Below, piece by piece: positions 40,245 through 50,326 of a DNA stretch of 64,000 nt (position 1 is the stretch's first letter; every line of letters starts with the position of its first letter). Both the position numbers and the translations under genes were made by a program. Source of the DNA: an uncultured Bacteroidales bacterium (GTDB lineage: Bacteria > Bacteroidota > Bacteroidia > Bacteroidales > PUMT01). The DNA is taken from assembly GCA_964520585.1 (NCBI GenBank), contig CAZFOO010000002.1, positions 9,672 through 73,671 on the forward strand, read 5' to 3'. The notes beneath the pieces are model-generated. The model saw nothing but the letters and a program-made list of their open reading frames with translations. It searched no databases and had not been told where the DNA came from.

Positions 40245-40598
40245 TATACTGTTAAAAACAAGAAGTAAAAATTTCGTCAATAAAATACAAAATTTTCACT
40301 TACAGGATGAATCGCTTCGCTTTAACTTATATTATTTAAAGTATTCAGATTATTTATCATTTATGCTACTTAGTCAGGGCTCGGAAAAAATGCTTTTCAA
40401 TCCGTGAATCGTCATACAATGTAATTCTTCTCTGATCTATTTAAAAGCACTAAAAAAGCATGTGTAATCGACGAAATCAATTTTTTTCATCCGTATGTGT
40501 GTATTTTGACTTCGTCGATTTTTCATTTAGCCAGCTTTACTTTTTGCTGATTTTGTCTGATGAAAAATTCGGATAAAAAAAATTCATGTACATTTACG
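40245..40598 (+). repeat. Intergenic repeat family, copy R4: proximal block 40245-40300, distal-type block 40383-40421, 15-bp inverted repeat 40467-40481 / 40506-40520, and a 55-nt block 40530-40584 identical to 50121-50175
   Basis: Direct comparison of the sequence with R2, R3 and R5. This copy lacks the 65-nt core module. Confidence 0.8.
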
Positions 40599-40622
40599 TT
40601 TAAACCAATCCCGGCACTAACC

Positions 40623-42287
40623 ATGATGAAAGAAAATTTTATTGAGTTTATTGGAACCAGTATTAAAAACAACTGGGATAAGCAAGCCTTTTCAGACTAC
40701 AAAGGCTCAAGCTATAAATATTCCGATGTAGCCCATAGGATAGCACGAATACATATAGCATTTGAACAGGGCGGCATTAAAAGAGGCGATCATATAGCCC
40801 TTCTTGGTAAGAATTCAGCTCACTGGACAATAGTCTACCTTGCCACCATATCTTATGGTGCAGTGATAGTTCCCATTCTTCCGGATTTCAAGCCTAAAGA
40901 CGTACATCACATTGTAACCCACTCCGATTCCAAAGTTCTATTTGTCGCCGAAAATATTCTGGAAACATTGAAAGAAACTGAAATGGCCGGGCTTCAGGCC
41001 ATATTTTCAATTAGTGATTTTTCTTTGATTTCTCATGCAGGGAAGATTGGGCTAAAAGAAAAACTTGCTTCCATTGATGATCTTTTTGAGAAAAAATATG
41101 ATGGAGGATTTAATACGGGAAACTTTACCCTTGCAGAAGTACCGAATAACGATCTGGCCGTCATTAGCTATACTTCAGGAACAACAGGGTTTTCCAAAGG
41201 AGTCATGCTACCACATAACAGTCTTATTGCTAATATTGTATATGCGCATAACAACATGCCACTTCAACCGGGAGATGCAATAGTGTCTTTTCTCCCCCTT
41301 GCACATTCTTATGGATGTGCTTTTGAATTCCTGTTCCCTTTTACGCTGGGATGTCATATAACCTTTCTTACCAAAACCCCGTCTCCTCAAATCATATTAG
41401 GAGCTTTTAAAGAGATAAGGCCCAGACTTGTACTTGCAGTACCTCTGGTAATTGAAAAAATCTACAAGAAACAGCTTCTTCCTGTTCTTGAAAAACCTTC
41501 CGTCAAATTTATGCTCAAGGTACCCGGTATCAATAACTTAATCTATAAAAAGATCCATAAAAAGTTAACCGATGCTTTTGGGGGTAATTTTCATGAGGTG
41601 GTCATTGGAGGTGCAGCCTTAAACAAAGATGTAGAACTGTTTTTTAATAAGATAGGCTTCCCTTTCTCTATCGGATATGGCATGACCGAATGCGGTCCAC
41701 TTATAAGTTATGCAAACTGGGATAAAACCAGACTCGGGTCCGCAGGCAAAATGGTTGACACTCTCGAAGTAAAGATAGATTCTGAAGATCCTTATAATGA
41801 AGTTGGGGAAATAATGGTGCGCGGAGAAAATGTGATGACTGGATATTACAAAAATGAACAAGCAACCAGTGATGTACTTGATAAGGACGGATGGCTTCAC
41901 ACAGGAGACCTGGGAGTAATTGACAAAGATGACTTCGTTTATATCAAAGGCCGGAGTAAAAGCATGTTACTGGGGCCTTCAGGCCAAAATATATATCCTG
42001 AAGAAATTGAGGCAAAACTTAATAACATGCATTATGTTCTTGAGTCGGTTGTGATTGAAAATAAAGGACGGCTGGTTGCACTGGTATATCCTGACCATGA
42101 AGCTGCCAAAAATGCCGGCATTGATGATACAAACCTGGAAGCCATAATGGAGAACCATCGCAAAGATCTTAACAATGAGCTGCCGGTTTACATGAATCTT
42201 CATAAAATACGGATATATCCTGAAGAGTTTGAAAAGACACCGAAAAAAAGCATTAAGCGTTTCCTTTATATGGGAGAAGAGGAATAG
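40623..42287 (+). CDS. Long-chain-fatty-acid--CoA ligase (AMP-binding enzyme)
   Basis: AMP-binding motif YTSGTTGFSKGVM. The homologous N-terminus starts at MMKENFIEF (40623). The ORF-track start at 40560 lies inside the repeat. Confidence 0.8.
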   Translation: MMKENFIEFIGTSIKNNWDKQAFSDYKGSSYKYSDVAHRIARIHIAFEQGGIKRGDHIALLGKNSAHWTIVYLATISYGAVIVPILPDFKPKDVHHIVTHSDSKVLFVAENILETLKETEMAGLQAIFSISDFSLISHAGKIGLKEKLASIDDLFEKKYDGGFNTGNFTLAEVPNNDLAVISYTSGTTGFSKGVMLPHNSLIANIVYAHNNMPLQPGDAIVSFLPLAHSYGCAFEFLFPFTLGCHITFLTKTPSPQIILGAFKEIRPRLVLAVPLVIEKIYKKQLLPVLEKPSVKFMLKVPGINNLIYKKIHKKLTDAFGGNFHEVVIGGAALNKDVELFFNKIGFPFSIGYGMTECGPLISYANWDKTRLGSAGKMVDTLEVKIDSEDPYNEVGEIMVRGENVMTGYYKNEQATSDVLDKDGWLHTGDLGVIDKDDFVYIKGRSKSMLLGPSGQNIYPEEIEAKLNNMHYVLESVVIENKGRLVALVYPDHEAAKNAGIDDTNLEAIMENHRKDLNNELPVYMNLHKIRIYPEEFEKTPKKSIKRFLYMGEEE

Positions 42288-42313
42288 CCTTATTCCTGAC
42301 CGGAAAATCTCCG

Positions 42314-42349
42314 GAAGCCATTTGTTTTATTGCAAATGGCTTCTTTTTT
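42314..42349 (+). terminator. Rho-independent terminator after the acyl-CoA ligase gene
   Basis: Perfect 11-bp stem GAAGCCATTTG / CAAATGGCTTC with an 8-nt loop, followed by TTTTTT. Confidence 0.85.
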
Positions 42350-42459
42350 GTATTTTAGAGCCCTTTCCTTAAATCTTTATTAGTACGAACCCTTAAACAA
42401 CACAGATAAAAGTTACATAAATCAGAAGATGGTCTTACAAGTACAAAATATAAATATTT

Positions 42460-43941
42460 ATGCAAAACAATAACCTCTACCTGGCATTTGATTTCGGCGC
42501 TGAAAGTTCAAGGGCCGTTTGCGGATATCTTGAAAATAACAAGCTTTCCCTCAAAGAAATTTACAGGTTTAAAACCGGAATGCTCTCGCTGGACAATCAT
42601 TTTTACTGGAATGTTTATCGGTTTTATGAAGAAATGCTCAGGGCTATGAGCATTTGTGCCCAAAAAGAAAAACTCCAGCCCTGCTCAGTAGCCATCGATT
42701 CCTGGGGCGTTGATTTCGGATTTTTGTCTGAAGACGACACCATTATCCGTATCCCTTATGCCTATCGTGATTTGCAGGTAACTGATGCAATGCCTGATTT
42801 TCATAAGATAGTTCCCCCAGAAAAGATATATTCGTTAACCGGAATTTCCATGCAGCCTTTTAACAGCCTCTATCATCTGCATGCAATGAAACTTAATAAC
42901 GACCCGGTTCTAAAAATGGGCCGGAGACTGATGTTCATACCCGATCTTCTGAATTTTCTTCTTTCAGGAGAAAAGAAAACCGAATTCAGCTTTGCAACAA
43001 CATCACAATTGTATAATCCTTTTAAAGGACAATGGGAGGAGGAACTTCTTGCAAAAGTAGGGTTGGATACTTCACTGATGAATGATATCATTGCTCCCGG
43101 TGAAATCATCGCTCCTATAAAAGATGATATTTGCAGTCAAACCGGTATCAGGCAGGCTAATTTGGTATCTGCATGTTCACATGATACTGGATCGGCTATT
43201 GTAGCCGTACCGGCAACCGGGGATGACTGGGCCTATATAAGTTCAGGGACCTGGTCGCTGATGGGACTGGAACTCAATTCTCCAATTGTAAACGAAAAAG
43301 CTCTGGAATATAACTTTTCTAATGAAGGCGGTGCAGGAGGAACGTTCAGATTTTTGAAAAATATCATGGGGCTATGGTTGTTGCAGCAATGTCAAAAAAG
43401 ATGGTCGGATTCAGGAAAGGAATACAATTATCCTCAACTCATCGATGAGGCTGCCAGGGCAACCCCTTTTAAAACATTCATAGATCCGGATTACGAAAAA
43501 TTTTTCAATCCCCCCGACATGTTGTCGGCAATAGATGATTTTTGTGAGCTCACCTCACAAAGCAAGCCCTCTTCCCCGGGTGAATATGTAAGAGCGATAC
43601 TTGAAAGCCTTGCTCTTAAATACAGGCACGTGATGGAACAACTTACTGAGGTGAGCGGAAAACAGATTAATACAATACATATCATAGGCGGGGGCACAAA
43701 GAATAAATTACTTTGCCAGTTTACTGCTGACGCCACAGGGAAAAAGGTGATTACCGGACCGGCAGAGGGTACGGCGGCAGGAAATATCCTTATGCAGATG
43801 ATTGCAAAAGGACAGGCCGGTTCTATCGAAGAGATCCGGTCAATTGTAAGGAATTCTTTTGATTTCGGGCTATATACCCCCGGGATGTCCCCTAAATGGG
43901 AAAATGCATACCAGAAATTCCTTGAAATTTTAAAAAGATAA
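42460..43941 (+). CDS. FGGY-family sugar kinase (rhamnulokinase / L-fuculokinase-like)
   Basis: 493 aa with the N-terminal phosphate-1 motif AFDFGAESSRAV and a C-terminal IHIIGGGTKNKLLCQ motif. Convergent with fucP-fucI. Confidence 0.7.
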   Translation: MQNNNLYLAFDFGAESSRAVCGYLENNKLSLKEIYRFKTGMLSLDNHFYWNVYRFYEEMLRAMSICAQKEKLQPCSVAIDSWGVDFGFLSEDDTIIRIPYAYRDLQVTDAMPDFHKIVPPEKIYSLTGISMQPFNSLYHLHAMKLNNDPVLKMGRRLMFIPDLLNFLLSGEKKTEFSFATTSQLYNPFKGQWEEELLAKVGLDTSLMNDIIAPGEIIAPIKDDICSQTGIRQANLVSACSHDTGSAIVAVPATGDDWAYISSGTWSLMGLELNSPIVNEKALEYNFSNEGGAGGTFRFLKNIMGLWLLQQCQKRWSDSGKEYNYPQLIDEAARATPFKTFIDPDYEKFFNPPDMLSAIDDFCELTSQSKPSSPGEYVRAILESLALKYRHVMEQLTEVSGKQINTIHIIGGGTKNKLLCQFTADATGKKVITGPAEGTAAGNILMQMIAKGQAGSIEEIRSIVRNSFDFGLYTPGMSPKWENAYQKFLEILKR

Positions 43942-44109
43942 TGAAACTACCCCGGGGCAGAGCCCCGAAGTATGCTAATGGTATTTGTTATTTCCGGCCC
44001 GTAGTATAAGGGTATCCAGTCACTTAATGAATAATATATTCACCTTCCCTACTGCCGGTTTAAAATGTGGCCACGGCTTATTAATCATTACATTACGGGA
44101 TCGGGAAAA

Positions 44110-45372
44110 TCAGCTTAACGGCTCTTTCCGGAAAATGTTGAAAGTCCCGAAACGACCGTAGATTGCAATAAGTGCAAAACAAAACAACGGAACTAAAAAC
44201 GCTAATTTAATACTGCCTGTGAGGTCAGAAACTTGTCCCTGAATAGCTGTGAGCACTGCACCTCCCAGAATTGCCATTATAAGCCCGCTGGCCCCTATTT
44301 TCGTATCATTACCCAGTCCGCGGACCGATATACCATATATTGTGGGAAACATCAGTGACATACAGGCTGAAATTGCTACCAGTGATATAACAGCAGGATA
44401 CCCGCTTAACATTATTACTCCCAAAGTACAGATAATAGCCAGAAGGGCTGAGATGCTAAGAAGATTGCGTGGACTGAAATACTTCATCAATCCGGTGAAA
44501 ACAAAACGCAGGACAGTAAAAACAACCAGAGCGGCAATATAGTATGTTGATGATTGCTCTTCATTTGTACCAAGCTCCTGCATAACAAATCTTATGGTAA
44601 AAGACCATACTCCTATCTGTGCACCAACATAAAAAAACTGGGCCAGTACGCCGCTGGTATACCTGGAATTTTTTAAAAGTCTGCCAAGACTTGCTTTAAG
44701 GTCAAGGCGCACCTCTGTGTCAGAGGCTTTTGGCATTTTAGTGGTGGCAATTATGAGCCAGATCACCAATAAAAACAGTGCAACGCCCACATACGGCCCC
44801 ATCATGGCATTTAGCTCCTGAGCTCTTATGACACCAAGTTCTTCGTGGGTCATGAGTGCCCGGTCTGCTGCTCCTGCATGGTTAAGATGGGAAAGAATAA
44901 AATATTTGCTTATGATGACACCCGTAATTGATCCTATAGGATTGAATGACTGTGCAAAATTCAATCTCCGCGTTCCGGTTTCTTCCGGCCCCATCGCAAT
45001 AATATAGGGATTTGCCGTCGTCTCCAGTACTGATAAGCCACCGGCAAGAATGAACAGGGCTCCAAGAAAATGACCGTAACTCATGGTAAGGCTTGCAGGA
45101 TAAAAAAGCAGTCCCCCGGTGATAAACATCCCCAGGCCCAGTAATATACCGGACTTATAAGTGAATTTCCTGATAAAAATTGCGGCTGGTAAGGCAAGAC
45201 AGAAGTAGGAACCATAAAAAGCTATCTGTATCCAGGATGTCTGAAAATCACTCATGCTCAGAATCCGTTTAAATGCAGCCAGCAATGTATCAGTCATATT
45301 ATTGGCCAGACCCCACATGAAGAAAAGTGAGGTTACCAGTATAAAAGGCAAAAGGGGAGTTGACTTTCTCAT
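44110..45372 (-). CDS. fucP: L-fucose:H+ symporter permease (MFS)
   Basis: 12-TM MFS protein. The N-terminal segment LFFMWGLANNMTDTLLAAFKRI resembles the FucP signature region. Lies downstream of fucI. Confidence 0.8.
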   Translation of the reverse strand: MRKSTPLLPFILVTSLFFMWGLANNMTDTLLAAFKRILSMSDFQTSWIQIAFYGSYFCLALPAAIFIRKFTYKSGILLGLGMFITGGLLFYPASLTMSYGHFLGALFILAGGLSVLETTANPYIIAMGPEETGTRRLNFAQSFNPIGSITGVIISKYFILSHLNHAGAADRALMTHEELGVIRAQELNAMMGPYVGVALFLLVIWLIIATTKMPKASDTEVRLDLKASLGRLLKNSRYTSGVLAQFFYVGAQIGVWSFTIRFVMQELGTNEEQSSTYYIAALVVFTVLRFVFTGLMKYFSPRNLLSISALLAIICTLGVIMLSGYPAVISLVAISACMSLMFPTIYGISVRGLGNDTKIGASGLIMAILGGAVLTAIQGQVSDLTGSIKLAFLVPLFCFALIAIYGRFGTFNIFRKEPLS

Positions 45373-45586
45373 AAATAAATATTGTTAATTAAAAATAAGC
45401 AGTAAGCATTAGCCATCAGCAAAGATGAATATAATTAGAATAAATCAGGTTCATCAAATAAATATTTAAATTTTATCAACTGGTCGGATATATCAATAAT
45501 CTTCAAAAGATCTGATTAACCTGCCTGCTGCTTCCAGATACAAAAATAGCATAAGAGGCAATATTTGAGAGGTTAAAAATATAATT

Positions 45587-47377
45587 TTATTTATATAATG
45601 GTCCGAAATTTCCACACGCTCTGTAGTCAGCTCCTTCATGGTCCATACCAAATGCCGGCCAGGCAGAAGGACGGAAAATAGTGTCGTTTGGAACATTGTG
45701 CATAGATACAGGAATACGCAGTAAGGCAGCCAGACTTATCAGATCTGCCCCGATATGTCCATAGGAATATGCACCGTGATTTGCACCCCAGTTTGCCATT
45801 ACAGAATATACATCTGTAAATGGTCCGCTACCGGTTAGATTTGGAACAAACCATGTTGTAGGCCAGGTAGGATCAGTCCGGTTGTTCAAAACATTATGTA
45901 TATTTTCCGGAAGTCCGACAGTATATCCTTCTGCCAGCTGCAACACAGGGCCCAGTCCATCAACAATATTTATCCTGGACATGGTAACAGGCATACTCCC
46001 TTTAGTCAGAAATGTGGATGAATATCCCCCTCCCCTGAAATATTCAGTTGTTGCGGGCCCCCATGTGGTATTCTTAAGGCACTGGCCGGCTTCCTCATCA
46101 GTTACTTCCCACCACGGCTTAATTGCCGGCTTACCTTCAATACTTTGCATTCCCGTGCCATCCAGAGCAGATGGCCCCGAATTGATAAGATGAATAAATC
46201 CTTTTGATGCAATGCCTTCAGGCAAATATCCGGTTACCCGTTTAACTGCTTCGGGGCTCCAGTAAGTTCTCACATCAGAGAAGACCTGTGCGCTACCAGT
46301 TAACAGGTGGCCGAAAAGCATTGCAACTCCATTCAGGCTGTCATTCTCTGTTGCAAGCATAAAAGGCTGTCTGATTCCGTTCCAGTCGAATGATGAACAG
46401 AGCATTGCCTCCATGAAATCACCGTTTGGAAAATGATCGGTCCATTGCCTCTGGCCCTGGAATCCGGCAACCAGCGCATTGTGACCAAGAGCCTCTTCTC
46501 CAAATCCGGCCTCTTTGAGCTTTTCATTGCCAACCATGAGGTCACGGGCAATGAGAGTCATTTTTACTACAAACTCCCAATCTTTGTCCTTCTGCTCGCG
46601 GGATCGTTGTTTATCAGGTGGATTCCTGTCCTCACCCTCCTTACAATTATCCTTTACCCATTTTATAGCCTGCTGAAATTCATCGTTATCGTAAATATTT
46701 TCATCTATACGACGTACAAACTCAGACATATCAACATATTCATTCCTCATTCCCAGGTATTTCTGAAAAAATCCGGCATCAACAATTGATCCTGCTATAC
46801 CCATGGAAACTGATCCCATCGAAAGATAAGAGGTGCCGCGCATGGTAGCAACAGCCAGTCCGGCCCTTGCAAATCGTAATATTTTCTCTTTAACATCCTC
46901 CGGAATAGTATCATCATCACTGTCCTGCACATCCCTTCCATAAATCCCGAATGCCGGCAATCCTTTCTGATTATGAGCAGCCAGTACGGCAGCAAGGTAA
47001 ACGGCACCCGGTCTTTCGGTTCCGTTAAAACCCCAGACAGCCTTGGGCAAATAAGGATCCATATCCATGGTTTCACTTCCGTAACACCAGCAAGGTGTAA
47101 CAGTTAGGGATACTCCCACTCCTATTTCTGAAAATTTATCGGCACATGAGGCTGCTTCAGTAACTCCGCCGATGCAGGTATCAGGAATAACACATTCAAC
47201 TTTGCTGCCATCCGGATGCCGGAGATTATTTTCAATTAGCTCCGCAGCCCTGATGGCCATATCCATTGTTTGCTTCTCAAGCGATTCTCTTACTCCTTTA
47301 CGTCTTCCGTCAATTGTGGGCCTTATTCCAATTTTAGGTCTCCGTCCCACAAGTCTGTTTTCTTTTCTGGGTTCCAT
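45587..47377 (-). CDS. fucI: L-fucose isomerase
   Basis: [22 protein letters not shown]-terminal signature. Starting at the ATG at 47377 gives about 596 aa, close to the roughly 590-aa length I recall for the E. coli enzyme. The ORF-track start (47422) adds 15 non-homologous residues. Confidence 0.9.
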   Translation of the reverse strand: MEPRKENRLVGRRPKIGIRPTIDGRRKGVRESLEKQTMDMAIRAAELIENNLRHPDGSKVECVIPDTCIGGVTEAASCADKFSEIGVGVSLTVTPCWCYGSETMDMDPYLPKAVWGFNGTERPGAVYLAAVLAAHNQKGLPAFGIYGRDVQDSDDDTIPEDVKEKILRFARAGLAVATMRGTSYLSMGSVSMGIAGSIVDAGFFQKYLGMRNEYVDMSEFVRRIDENIYDNDEFQQAIKWVKDNCKEGEDRNPPDKQRSREQKDKDWEFVVKMTLIARDLMVGNEKLKEAGFGEEALGHNALVAGFQGQRQWTDHFPNGDFMEAMLCSSFDWNGIRQPFMLATENDSLNGVAMLFGHLLTGSAQVFSDVRTYWSPEAVKRVTGYLPEGIASKGFIHLINSGPSALDGTGMQSIEGKPAIKPWWEVTDEEAGQCLKNTTWGPATTEYFRGGGYSSTFLTKGSMPVTMSRINIVDGLGPVLQLAEGYTVGLPENIHNVLNNRTDPTWPTTWFVPNLTGSGPFTDVYSVMANWGANHGAYSYGHIGADLISLAALLRIPVSMHNVPNDTIFRPSAWPAFGMDHEGADYRACGNFGPLYK

Positions 47378-47574
47378 ATCAAATATTATTAATGTTCCGG
47401 TTATTAAAGAATATTGAGGCAAAATGCCGGTGATCTTCTATCTTTGGGCCAATGGCTATCATACCTGGTCATGCACGCTGCAAAAACGGTATTGGGTTTT
47501 AATAGATTCAGCCTGTTTTTGGGCCTAAGTTAAAAAATTTCCTTTGAAAACCATTTTTTATCATTTATGCCAAT

Positions 47575-47600
47575 AAAAAAAACCGGCATTATCCGGCTTA
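47575..47600 (-). terminator. Weak hairpin plus T8 run downstream of the small ORF at 47715-47915
   Basis: The minus strand reads aagCCGGataatgCCGGtttttttt. The stem is short (4-6 bp) but is followed by eight T. Confidence 0.35.
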
Positions 47601-47714
47601 TGATGAAACATAAATATGATGATACGGAAATTTATAATGGATAATTATTTTAGAAAAGCATTATAAAACAGATTAAAATGATAGTCTTAAATATATCCCG
47701 ATCATGATACCCCT

Positions 47715-47915
47715 CTAAAATCCCATAAGTTTCCTAATCTTATATATGGCTAATTGTTCATAGGCCTTTTCTATATCATGCTCTACATTTATCTCCTTAT
47801 GTGTGCCACTATCATTTCTGTAATATTCTCTAAATTTTGAAGGATATTCCCTGATTTCCATCAGATGCTCAATCCTATTCTCTTCACAGCTTATTAACTC
47901 ATCAAGTTTTTCCAT
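47715..47915 (-). CDS. Small hypothetical protein (66 aa, charged and helical)
   Basis: ORF only. No motif recognised. A possible terminator lies downstream. Confidence 0.35.
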   Translation of the reverse strand: MEKLDELISCEENRIEHLMEIREYPSKFREYYRNDSGTHKEINVEHDIEKAYEQLAIYKIRKLMGF

Positions 47916-48077
47916 GACATCAGATGTTATTTTTTACTTCTTTTAGTTTTATGACGAACAAAATCCGTTTTCGTTACATCAGGATAAAATTTTTTCAGAT
48001 TTTTATTTGATATAACATTTTGTAAATTCACATCTGTTTTCTGACTATTTATTCATAATGCAAAAGATCATCCGGGT

Positions 48078-48755
48078 GTGAAACAAATTACAATTATAGT
48101 AGCGGGCGGTTCAGGTAAAAGAATGAACAGTGATATTCCAAAACAATTTCTTTTATTGAACGGAACTCCCGTTTTGATGCGAACCATCAGTTCGTTCCAC
48201 CAATACGATCCGCTAATGGAATTCATAATTACCCTTCCTTCAGATCAGGTTAAATATTGGCAGACTCTCTGTAAAAAGTACAGGTTTAATATTTCTCATA
48301 CAATAGTTATTGGAGGAAAAACCAGGCATCATTCTGTAAAAAATGCTATGGAAAAAATTCAACCAGGCTGCCTGGTAGCAATACACGACGGAGTAAGACC
48401 CATTATAAGCAAAGCACTTATCCGCACTTGTTTCGACACCGCGGGTATACTCGGTAATGCGATTCCGGTAGTTGAACTTTCAGAATCGATCCGCAAAGTT
48501 GATGGAGAGAAAAATTCCGCTGCCAACCGTTCACATTTCAGATTGGTACAAACTCCCCAGGTTTTTCAATCCGGACAATTGATAGACGCATTCATGCAAC
48601 CTTATAAACCAGAATTTACCGATGAGGCTAACCTGGTTGAATCAGCCGGTTATATGATCCATCTGGTAAAAGGGCAAAAGGAAAACATTAAAATAACTAC
48701 CACTCTTGATATGTACATTGCCTCTTCAATTCTGGAAAATAGCGGACTTTTTTAA
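48078..48755 (+). CDS. ispD: 2-C-methyl-D-erythritol 4-phosphate cytidylyltransferase
   Basis: GTG start, IIVAGGSGKRM P-loop-like motif, IHDGVRP and QTPQ motifs. Confidence 0.85.
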   Translation: MKQITIIVAGGSGKRMNSDIPKQFLLLNGTPVLMRTISSFHQYDPLMEFIITLPSDQVKYWQTLCKKYRFNISHTIVIGGKTRHHSVKNAMEKIQPGCLVAIHDGVRPIISKALIRTCFDTAGILGNAIPVVELSESIRKVDGEKNSAANRSHFRLVQTPQVFQSGQLIDAFMQPYKPEFTDEANLVESAGYMIHLVKGQKENIKITTTLDMYIASSILENSGLF

Positions 48756-48837
48756 TCATTAAGATACATTGAGGAATATTGCAATTACACTAAATATCAT
48801 TACATATTGCAGATTACAATTAAAAATATGAAATCAT

Positions 48838-49830
48838 ATGGATACAGTTAACTGGGGCATTATCGGCTGCGGCAATGTGACAGAAGTCAAAAGCGGACCG
48901 GCATTTAATAAGATAAAAGACTCAAGACTGGCAGCTGTTATGCGCCGGGATGCCGGGAAAGCCAAAGATTACGCCATGCGGCATAATGTACCAGCATGGT
49001 ATGACGATGCTCAAAAATTAGTAAATGATCCTGATGTAAATGCTGTATACGTTGCTACACCCCCCGGGTCTCATGCAGAATATGCGATAATGGCCATGAA
49101 AGCAGGAAAGCCGGTATATGTTGAAAAACCGATGGCTACAAGCTACCTGGAATGCCAGGAAATGATAAAAGTTTCTGAGAAAACGGGAGTGCCTCTTTTC
49201 GTGGCCTATTACAGGAGAATGCTTCCGGGTTTTGTGAAGGTGAAGGAATTGTTGGATTCTGAAATCATAGGAAAACCCCTGTTCTTTTCTATCAGGTTTT
49301 TTACTCCTCCCCAAGACGAGGATTTTCAAAGTAATCTGCCCTGGAGGGTTATACCAGAAATATCAGGAGGCGGTTATATTTTTGATCTTGGAAGCCACCA
49401 GCTGGATTTTATCGATTATATACTCGGACCTGTTGAACAAATTTCTTCACTTGCCCTTAACCAGCGGAACCTTTACCCGCCTGAAGATTATGTTGCGGCA
49501 GGATTAAAGTGCAAAAAGGGAGTAGCAGGCAGCGCGGTATGGAGTTTCGCTGCACCAGGACATATGAAAGAAGACTCGATTGAGGTTGCCGGAGAAAAAG
49601 GCAAAATTGTGTTTTCCTGCTTTGACTTTACAGATATTGAATTGACTGTGGATAGAGAAACCCGGTATTTCAAAAACCTCCGTCCTGAACATGTCCAACA
49701 AAATCTGATCCAGACCATAGTCGACGAACTTCAGGGTAAGGGTAAATGTCCCAGTACGGGAATTACAGCAGCACGTACCAGCAAAGTGCTTGATGAAATA
49801 ATAAAAACAGGGACTGCATCTCTGTTTTAA
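48838..49830 (+). CDS. Gfo/Idh/MocA family oxidoreductase
   Basis: N-terminal Rossmann motif WGIIGCGNV and the EKP motif (VYVEKPMA). Confidence 0.8.
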   Translation: MDTVNWGIIGCGNVTEVKSGPAFNKIKDSRLAAVMRRDAGKAKDYAMRHNVPAWYDDAQKLVNDPDVNAVYVATPPGSHAEYAIMAMKAGKPVYVEKPMATSYLECQEMIKVSEKTGVPLFVAYYRRMLPGFVKVKELLDSEIIGKPLFFSIRFFTPPQDEDFQSNLPWRVIPEISGGGYIFDLGSHQLDFIDYILGPVEQISSLALNQRNLYPPEDYVAAGLKCKKGVAGSAVWSFAAPGHMKEDSIEVAGEKGKIVFSCFDFTDIELTVDRETRYFKNLRPEHVQQNLIQTIVDELQGKGKCPSTGITAARTSKVLDEIIKTGTASLF

Positions 49831-50120
49831 TATGGGTGACTGACATCTAAATACTCACCTCGGGACCTCTCACCGGGCAAAATTCTTCGGACTAAAAATA
49901 AATTCTTCATTTTAGTTATCTGGACATGAATATACTGTAGAATACTTGCCATTCATAACAGGGTCAAATGAAACAATGCTGAATCTTTGACGTTAATTGT
50001 TCTTGTAACAGATAACCCACTATTGATTCACCATATTTGTTTTATTTCGATGTTAAATTATATAAAAAATATTACGAATTAATTTTCTGTCAGACGATTT
50101 ACAGTTATAACCTTCATTGC

Positions 50121-50250
50121 GCCAGCTTTACTTTTTGCTGATTTTGTCTGATGAAAAATTCGGATAAAAAAAATTGACCTGAAGGTCGATTTCTCATGCA
50201 AAATCTTGTTTTTTGTTAAGTTTTCAGCTGATGAGAAATTCATGTATATT
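50121..50250 (+). repeat. Intergenic repeat family, copy R3: 55-nt block 50121-50175, 65-nt core module 50176-50240 with hairpin TTGACC-TGAA-GGTCGA, then catgtatatttgtac
   Basis: 50121-50175 is identical to 40530-40584. The core aligns to 8434-8460 and 174-200. CTGATGARAAATTC occurs on both sides of the core. Confidence 0.85.
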
Positions 50251-50326
50251 TGTACAGTTATCAAATTTTTTTATTCATTCGGTTGATCGGAGCTTTAGTG
50301 TGCATACCTGCATGCACTAACCTTAT

